NCBI GenBank assembly: GCA_965112735.1
Contig: OZ218954.1
Coordinates: 1,798,001 to 1,862,000, forward strand
DNA: 64,000 nucleotides
Origin: Phaeosaccion multiseriatum
Lineage: Eukaryota; Protista; Ochrophyta, other classes
Reading direction: 5' to 3'
Both the position numbers and the translations under genes were made by a program. Under the pieces are notes generated by a model. That model made no database searches. It saw only the letters and a list, made by a program, of their open reading frames with translations, and was not told the DNA's origin. Every line of letters starts with the position of its first letter. Position 1 is the first letter of the stretch. Below, in pieces: positions 11,048 through 64,000 of this stretch.

Positions 11048-14000
11048 ATGATGAAAGGCGGGAGACGCCGAACCTTGCTGCTGACGCTTGTGTATGGCGC
11101 AGCCTGCGTCTGCTCTAAGGCTGTGTCCAGCGGTGGCGGAAGGAGTGCCCGCAGCACGAGTAGCAGCGGCAGCAGTCGAAGCAGCAGCGGAGGGAGCGCC
11201 AGCAGGAGGCGCAGGGCACTGGCAGCCGTCGCGGAGGAGGAAGCTCAAGAGGGTGGCGTCTCAGGTGCGTCGAGAATCTCATCTCCTTGCCGTGTGAGCC
11301 AAGCATTGACGCGATGGATGATGTGTTGATGTACATTTTGCGCCCCTTCTTCTGTCTTCCAACTCCCCTTGCAGGCGGGACATCTTCACGGTATAGTAGC
11401 AATCGACGTTCCCGGGGCAGCAGCAGCAGTGGCAATGCCTATAGTAGCAGTGGGACGAGCACCAGCAAGCGGAGAAGGAGGATGGAGGATGCGGAGCCCG
11501 CACGCAGCAGCAGCAGCAGCAGCAGCAGCGGCAGCAGCGCGAGGGGAAGCAGGAAAAGCAGAGCTTTTGCGGACGAGGAGGATGGCGAAGGTGAAGATGG
11601 AGACCTGAGAGACCGAGTCAGCAGTGGGCGTAGTGGACACCGGAGCAGTGCGGGGAGGAGCAGGACGAGACGCAGAGTGGATGCGGCGCCTTTATCAGGC
11701 AGAACAGCGTATGATAAACGAGCTGCCAGAATGTCCACCTCAATGCCGGCCGAAATTAGTCGGAGTAAGACCTCACGCAGCGCGAGAGGCAGGAGTAGTG
11801 GGCGGAGCGCAGGCGAGGGCAGGAAACGTAGTAGCAGAGACGAAGAGAGCCGCAGCAGCAGTGTACGGGGCAGCAGCGGTGGCAGCAGGAAAAGGAGGAG
11901 ACGAAGTAGCAGCAAGAGAAGGGCGGAGGGCGGCAGCAGCAACCGCAGCCTCACGAAGGCCCGCAGCAGCGCTAACCGCGGCAATGGCAGCATGAGGAGG
12001 AGGAGGAGCTCGTCAGCTCGCCACAACAGCGCATGGGTCGGAGGAGAGGGGACCAAAGTACCCGCGCTGTCTTTCGCACTCTTGGCCTCGAAAGTGAAGA
12101 CAGGTATGCCACTGGGTGCTTACGCCACTAAGCGCTTAAGGCGGCCAGGTCTAGACGTAAACACTCTCGACCACGGTGAAGTCTCTGCCTCTCCCGCCGC
12201 ACTGCTCTTCTCTAACGCCCTTGCATATGCACTATGCACCTCTTCCCTCCTTGCGTGCTCTGCTCGTACTGTATCCCTCAATGGTGCCTTGTGCCGCTCC
12301 AGGCGTGAAAGGCGGCGTGGACTCCGTGGTTGGGGTGATGGGGGAGGCGAAACACACGGCCACCAGCGCCACCCGGCAGCTTCAGCGAGAGGTCAAGGTA
12401 CGGAGGGACTTAGTTGTGTGTGTATGTGTGTAGATGTGTGTGTGTGTATGTGTGTGTGGGCGTCTACTGCAGACTCTCCTTCATGTGTGGATCGTATTTT
12501 TTGTCTTTTCTTCTCTTCTCCTTGTCAGCACTCTTGTGCCGTGTCCCCCCGTCCAACCCGCACCCACCCAAGATGATACCACACCTTTTCTGCACGGATG
12601 CCACACGCCAATACCTAAAACTGCCCTCGCGCCGCAGGTGTACACGAGTGGCACCTACGAGGCGGTGCTGCTCAAGGCCACTCGGCCCGACGAGGAGGTA
12701 GACGACTCGCTGGTGAGCACGCTCGTGGCTGCCGTGAATCGCTTCGAGATGGACGGTACGGCACAGCACGGGCGGGTCTTGGGGTGTGTGTGTGTGAAGC
12801 AAGCCTCAAGCCTCTCTCTCACCGCTGGTGTGCATCTCGCATGGACTCTCCTGCCAACCCTCCTCCTCCTCCTCCTCCTCCTCCTCCTCCTGGACACTTA
12901 GCCATCTGCTCTGCCTCTTTTCTGATATAGCCCTTCTTCTCGCGCGTGTCCTATATACGCCTATCGTGTATCTCCACTGCCCCCTCTTTTGCTCTTCTCT
13001 GACTGCTACCCGTAGCCGACCTAACCAAGAACAGTGCCCAGCGGCGCGTACTGCTGCACAAGCTGTGGATGAAGATGGCCGAGCCCGACTGCCGCACCAA
13101 GCTCAAAGCCCTCTTCATCCTGCATCGCATCTTCACGTCCTTCTCCGAGGGCGGTGGTGGTGACGGTGCCGACCAAGACAAGCTCATGAAACGCTTCCTG
13201 CACAAGCTGGGGAGGGAGACGTGCAGAAAGACCGACTGCCTCTACTTTGATCTCGATGTGCTCTTTGAGTGTGACAGGGGAGGAGGAGCGACGTCCGTCG
13301 TTACCAAGTAAGTAAAGCTTTGCACAAAGGGGGCGCTCTCTCTCTCTGTGCCTTTGACGGTAGTAGGCTTGTTGTACTGTATTCGGCGACGGCTGCCCCC
13401 CTTTGGCTAAATGAGTACAAGTAATGAGTGGTGACTGACTCCTTCCGTCTTTTGTCTGCCGTGTACAGGGGCCACAGCTACCGGAGTAGCAGCGGAAGGG
13501 GGAGGACGAGCGATCGAGACCAAGCGTATCTACAGAGCTTTGTGCGGCGATACGGTAGTTACGTGCTGCAGCGATCGACAGGTGTGTGTGTGTGTGTGTG
13601 CGTGTGTATTGAACCCAGTCTCTGCACTCAGAGGAAGATGGGTGGAGAAGTGGAGAGCAAGGAGAGGAGGTGCCACATAGGAGTGGGCGGAAACCTCCCC
13701 CTTCACCTTAACCCTATGCGCTCTGTCCTCAGTACTGCTGCCCTCTATCGTCAGTGTACTGCTGTGCGCTCTCCTCACCTTGTCGGTTGCTTTGTCCCCC
13801 TCCGCCCCGTGCCCGCCCCCAATCCCGTTCTCTTGCCCAAAAAGGCTTTGGCACCAATTTGAGCTGCAAGGAAATGCGCAACTTGAAGAAAAAGGCAACT
13901 TTCGAGAACACCATTTCGTACGTGGCCACACCCCCTCTCATGCATACCTTGTACTATTAGTGGTATTATGTAACGCCCCCTTCCCCCCTTCCCCCCCTTC

Positions 14001-14590
14001 CCTTCCCTTCCCTTCCCTCTGTATCTCTGCTGCCCCCGGACTTGGCCTGTCCTCCTCTCCCCTCTGTGCGCATTTCGTTTCATTTCATGCATGTCATCCG
14101 CCGCCATCCGCTGCCATCCGCCCCTCGCAGGGCCTTTGTCAAGTACCGCAAAGCGCTGGACTCCGCGCTGGCGTGCATGCCCAGCGCGGAGGAGGAGCAG
14201 GCGCTGACGGTGCGGCTGCTGGAGAGCGTCACCGCCGATATGCAGGGCCTCTTTCAGCACTACCACACGCTCGTGGGCAGGGCCGCGTGGCTGGACAAGG
14301 GGCAAGGGGAGAAGGAGGAGGAGGAGGAGGAGGACGCGGCTGTGGATGCAGATGCCGAGAGCCTGCGAGCCTTTAAAGAGAGCATGCGGCAGGAGTATGC
14401 AGACCACCACGAGCGCGTGAGCGGCTTCTTGCGAGACGCGGCCGAGCTGCTGGCTGTGTACGGCTTGGAGGACACCCCTGCTGCCTCTGCGGCTGAGCTG
14501 CTGCCGGAGCCGCACGATTTTGGCGACGACCACAGCAGCACCAACGTTGAGCTTGGTGCCTCGCCCCCCGATGGGGCCACGTCAGCCTGA
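11048..14590 (+). CDS. ANTH (AP180/PICALM-type) domain protein with hydrophobic N-terminus and long Ser/Arg-rich extension; 8 exons, ~698 aa
   Basis: Exons 11048-11264, 11375-12103, 12303-12397, 12638-12755, 13016-13307, 13469-13581, 13845-13917, 14131-14590 are in frame (2097 nt). ANTH-like motifs: LLKATRP, TKLKALFILHRIF, SFVRRYGSYVLQR, LLESVTADMQGLF. Confidence 0.7.
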
Positions 14591-15104
14591 GCCCAATCAG
14601 CGTGGTAAGTAGGCACACTCACCACCGGTCGGACAGCCGTGTCCACCCGCAGCAGCACTTGTCAGAGCTGCTAGACGCGGAAAGTTTCACTCCATTTATT
14701 TCTTTGTTATTTCATTCCCCGCCGGCGCAGCAGCACAGCTCAGCGGGGATGCTCTCTCACTGCCGCGGCTCAGGCCCTTCGCTTGCTTCTTGTTGGCTCA
14801 GCCGTGTGCCCTTCTTGCCCAGCAACGGAAAGGAAGCGAGAAATTAAATTAAAAAAAACTAAAAAATGGAAAGTGACCACAAACACCAAGTTCAGTTTCG
14901 CACGGGATCGTTCATGGATCGTTCATGCTCCCACGGCAGCCAAAGCCACCCCCAGCTTGCCCGCCGGTTCCGCCCGTTGTCTTCAGCCGCCCTGAGGCGT
15001 TCCGCCCCCCGTCCCTCCGTCTGCTCTCCCGAGACTAGTGGCAGTGGATCCTCCACATGGGGGGAGAGTAGAGAAGCATGGCCCAGTCACCACTGCAGGA
15101 GGAA

Positions 15105-15259
15105 GGGGGAGGACCCAAGGGTGAGGACCCAAGGATGAGGACCCAAGGGTGAGGACCCAAGGGTGAGGACCCAAGGGGGAGGACCCGAGGGGGAGGACCC
15201 GAGGGGGAGGACCCGAGGGGGAGGACCCGAGGGGGAGGACCCAAGGGTGAGGACCCAAG
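15105..15259. repeat. 14-bp minisatellite GGACCC(A/G)AGGG(T/G)GA, 11 copies, between convergent 3' ends
   Basis: GGACCC recurs every 14 nt from 15111 to 15251. Confidence 0.95.
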
Positions 15260-15679
15260 TTATGCACGAGTGCCGCCTCCACAGGCCGAATACGTAGGGG
15301 CCCGTCTGTGGACTCGTTTGACTCGGTGACGCCTCTGCTCTGCTCTCCGCTAGGGCGCCATGCCTCCGTCAATGGTGCCATCACTCGAGCATTCGAAGGG
15401 TGCCAGTGCCATAGCTCACACTCTTGCGTCGTTGTCGTCTCTTCCAAATTCCGCACATGAGTGCACGCGAGGCTTGACGCACACAAAAGCCCAAAAAACA
15501 AGTCAGTCGGCGTCGGGGCTGGTGCTCTGGCCAAAGTGGGTCCCTGCACACACACCAAACCAAGTGTCGGCGGCTCCTTCGGCCCGCCACTTGAGAGTAT
15601 TCCGCGGTGCCGAAGGGAAGAACGCAATGGAGGGCCCAAGTTCAACGTTTCCACCTATCCGTCCTCTATCTTCGATCGG

Positions 15680-16653
15680 TCAGTCACGGTGACGTGAAGA
15701 GCTGCCTCGAGGCATGGAGCGATCCCAGCCCTCACGGTCGCTGTCGGTCCTCCTCCTGCTACTGGCACCATGACGGCTGCTGCTTTTCGTCGACGGGCCT
15801 CTCGTGTGCTCTTCCGTCGCATCCGCCGACGCACTGACGCACGAACAGACGATGAGGACGAAGGCGGCTGCGAACAGGATGCCCATGCCCCCCTCCAGGT
15901 CCTCGTACTCGACTTCTTCCCATGTGTACTTGAGTGTAAATGCCATGCTCCGCCCCTGAGTACCAGAGGCATCTCCCTCCCCCCCCCTCAGAGGGGTGCT
16001 GTCCTCTCTCGTGCTGTAGAAAGGCGTCGCCTTGACTTTAACAATCTCCTCTCCGTTGTGCACGAACAGCACCGCCAGCTCAGTGAGGCGGCTATTATTG
16101 TCGTCTGTCGTGACACTGAGCCAAGGAACCACAAGGCTCAGGTCGGCGAACGCGAATGATCTGCCTCAGGAGGTGCAGCAGCAGAGGCAGCGCGGACAAC
16201 CAGTATGGAGGAAGTAAGCAGGCAAAGGGCTTGTTGAAGTAGGTAGGTCGACACCATAACCACATTCAACGCCGAAAAGGATAATTCCTTTCAGCAACTT
16301 ACAAGGTGATCTTCTCGTACTTCGACGACTGAATGTTGGGAGAAAAGGATGTCTGCGTGGGCACCCCGAACCGAGGCAGGACACCACGTGTTACATCCAC
16401 CCAGCTGCTACTGCTCCGCTTCGGTAACCAGCCCAGCGATTGTCCGATCAGTCGGACGGACATGGAGAGAAAGGAGACGGAGACGGCCATTAGGAGGGGG
16501 TTAAATGAGAAAAAAAAAAACTCAACTTGTCCTTACCCTCCCCTGCTGCCACCGATACACGCAGGACACGGTATCTCCGTAGCCATAGAGAACGCTGCTG
16601 CTACGCCCCCCCACCAGGACGGGCAGCAGCAGCACCCAAAATAAGAAGGCCAT
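15680..16653 (-). CDS. NPU-like (plant NO PRIMEXINE AND PLASMA MEMBRANE UNDULATION family) signal-peptide, single-pass membrane protein; 3 exons, ~237 aa
   Basis: Exons 16653-16537, 16418-16303 (AAG acceptor, less certain) and 16160-15680 are in frame (714 nt). Signal peptide, then YGYGDTV, WVDV..GVLPRFGV, LVVPWL and KYTWEE..ED.EGG.GILF plus a TM helix, matching the recalled order of NPU motifs. Confidence 0.65.
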
Positions 16654-16872
16654 CTTCGCAGTGTGCCAATTGTGAAAAGCATGAAAGAGAACCACTTGCC
16701 AAAGGGGGCTGCCGTTTCGCCTCCGCCTCCACAACCAGGGACTTAAGGGTGTAATATATTAACAACCAGGGAGAGGAGGAGGAGAAAATGATGCTGTGTA
16801 CGGGTATCCCGCAGGAAGAGCAGTAGGTGTGTGCGCGTGTGTGCGTGAAAGTAGAGCTGCATACCCTCTACC
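16654..16872. promoter_or_regulatory. Probable compact bidirectional promoter between NPU-like gene and dynein heavy chain
   Basis: Only 219 bp between divergent ATGs; AT-rich TAATATATTAA at ~16752-16762. Confidence 0.5.
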
Positions 16873-62168
<45,296 letters not shown>

Positions 62169-62612
62169 TTAGTGTTACATATGAGAAGAAGAAAAAAAGT
62201 CGTAGATGTTGCTCTCGGTACAACCTAAAAGTAAAAAACAAAAACGTTTCAGAAACTTGGGGGGGTACCAGGGTTGCCCCTCCCGGACCGCGTCAATGCG
62301 AGGCATCGCAGGAATAAGAGAAATTTGGGAAATTGACGTTGGGTGGCGCAGCAAAGGACCGGAGAGAAGACAGCGTGGTTGTTTAGAAAAGCGTCGGAGG
62401 ACCCTTGAACGCAAGACAAATAAGCCGGTGTTTGAGTATGCTCATGAAGGGGGCGGCACAGCACGGATAGACGAGGGCCACCGCTAGAGAGTGAGACTGT
62501 ACCGAACAGAGGGTACCCATCGCGACTTTCCTCTCCACGTCGGCACGGGGTTACTGGTGGGGGGAGGAGAAGAGGAACCGGGGCGTTGGTGATCTCAGTC
62601 AGAGCGTGAACT

Positions 62613-63630
62613 ATGGCTACGGCGATGACAGCGCAGCGGCCCAGTGGGTTTGACCCGCATTCAGATTCCACCAGGGGAGGCCGAAAGAGGGCTCAGATCG
62701 GGGCGCGAGAGCGCAATCGGGGAGCCGCGTTTGACCTCGACTCGGACCTTGGGCAGCCTATGGAAAGGAAGGTGAGTATGGGCCTGCCTCCTCTCTGCCT
62801 CCAATCAGAGGGCAGAGACATGCAGAATGAGTGCCACGAAGTGGAGGTGGTGCTACTGCCTCCCACTTGAACACTGCGGGGTTGGACCGCGGTCCCCCCT
62901 CAGATGGGCTACCCCCTCGTGGCCTCCCATCCATACTCTCTATTCCACACCTGCCTCACTGCGTTTTCTGAATGGGTCAATCAGCGTTCTGGTGCATACG
63001 AATGTCACTCCTTCTTTTCCCCGTCTCATATCAAGCTCCCTCCAAGAACGCCTTCTCTCCTGCTTCCCCGCGTCTGGCCTGTCTTGCCACATCCCTACCT
63101 CTCCTCCCCTCCACCTCTTGTTATTCCTGTCGCGTAGCCTCTTATCCCCCCTCCCCTCCCTCCCTCTCTCCCTCCCCTACCCTCCCTTCTATCCTCATCC
63201 CGTAGCTGAACGGTACAACCAAGGTGGAGGCCTTCACTATCAACCCAGGTGGAAACGCCGGCCGCGGATACACAGACGAGGAGATCAGCGCCGCATCTCT
63301 GCGCTACCCCCAGTGCAAAAACGTCGTGTTTCGCCCCAGCTACGCCGACGACGGCTCCTATGGGGTCAACGAGGCCGGGGTGGGGCCTTCTCCTGAGCAT
63401 CTCGCCAAGGTGAGACGCTCCCTGTCGGCTGCTGTATCATCAACTGCCGTAGCTTGCTGGGCCTGCTGCTGCGGCTGCTGCGGCTGCTGCGGTTACTGCC
63501 GTTGGTTGATTCAAGGGGGACGCGAGGGAGTGCGGGGTTGTGGGCGCTTTGGCTGTCTCTGGCGTGGAGAGCTGCGGTCTTGCTGGCACGCCCAACCCCC
63601 CCCCCCTCACCTTGCGCTGCTTCTTCTCTC

Positions 63631-63665
<35 letters not shown>

Positions 63666-64000
63666 GGTGTGTGTTTATGTCTTCTCTCTTCTTGCCTCTG
63701 TGTCGCAGCCGGAAGCGTCCATGACCTTGGAGTACGTCCACGGTACGTTACGGAAATGAGTAAAGTGCTTCGTCTCTGTGACTGCTCTTCCTGCTCACCT
63801 CCCCCTGTGCCAACAGACAAACAAACAGAACCCTCAACTATTCGTTTCCCAAACGGGTCTCTTCCTCCCCTTCAATTCGCATTCCTGCAGGCTACCACAG
63901 CACAGGCTTTCACCAGACCAACGACGTGAACGCGCTCTACATGGGTGACGACGATGACAAGGTTGTGTACCAAACTGCGGCCCTGGTGGTCATCCAGGAC
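62613..64000 (+). CDS. EML-like (HELP motif/WD40) microtubule-associated protein, 5' partial
   Basis: Exons 62613-62771, 63206-63409, 63709-63742 and 63891->64000 join to give PEASMTLEYVHG|YHSTG...NALYMG...KVVYQTAALVVIQD, the HELP-motif pattern (LxLEWVYGY...NLYY...IVY..A..GVVY). Confidence 0.7.

Overview
Eukaryotic, GC-rich, intron-rich nuclear DNA from a flagellated protist or alga. A stramenopile-like origin is my inference only and cannot be fixed from this window. No prokaryotic features, RNA genes or CRISPR arrays were seen. Eight spliced or single-exon protein genes were reconstructed by hand from GT-AG junctions and reading-frame continuity: a TspO-like membrane protein (+), a signal-peptide hypothetical protein (-), a tandem cytochrome-b5/MAPR-like heme-binding protein (-), a CCDC174-like protein (-), an ANTH-domain protein (+), an NPU-like membrane protein (-), a complete ~45 kb, 62-exon axonemal inner-arm dynein heavy chain (DNAH1-like, ~4,450 aa, +), and the 5' part of an EML/HELP-motif protein (+). 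Most ORFs in the supplied track are microsatellite artefacts. The most unusual biology is in the introns. Most dynein introns are filled with micro- or minisatellites, many built from splice-signal words (GTGAGT, GTCAGT, CTGAC/CTCAC). Several introns have complementary 5' and 3' tracts, and two carry telomere-like (TATAGGG)n arrays. A dispersed ~50-bp AT-rich element that often ends in a (TG)n tail and a recurrent 16-20-bp motif (CTGTATCACCAACTGC) both appear in many introns.
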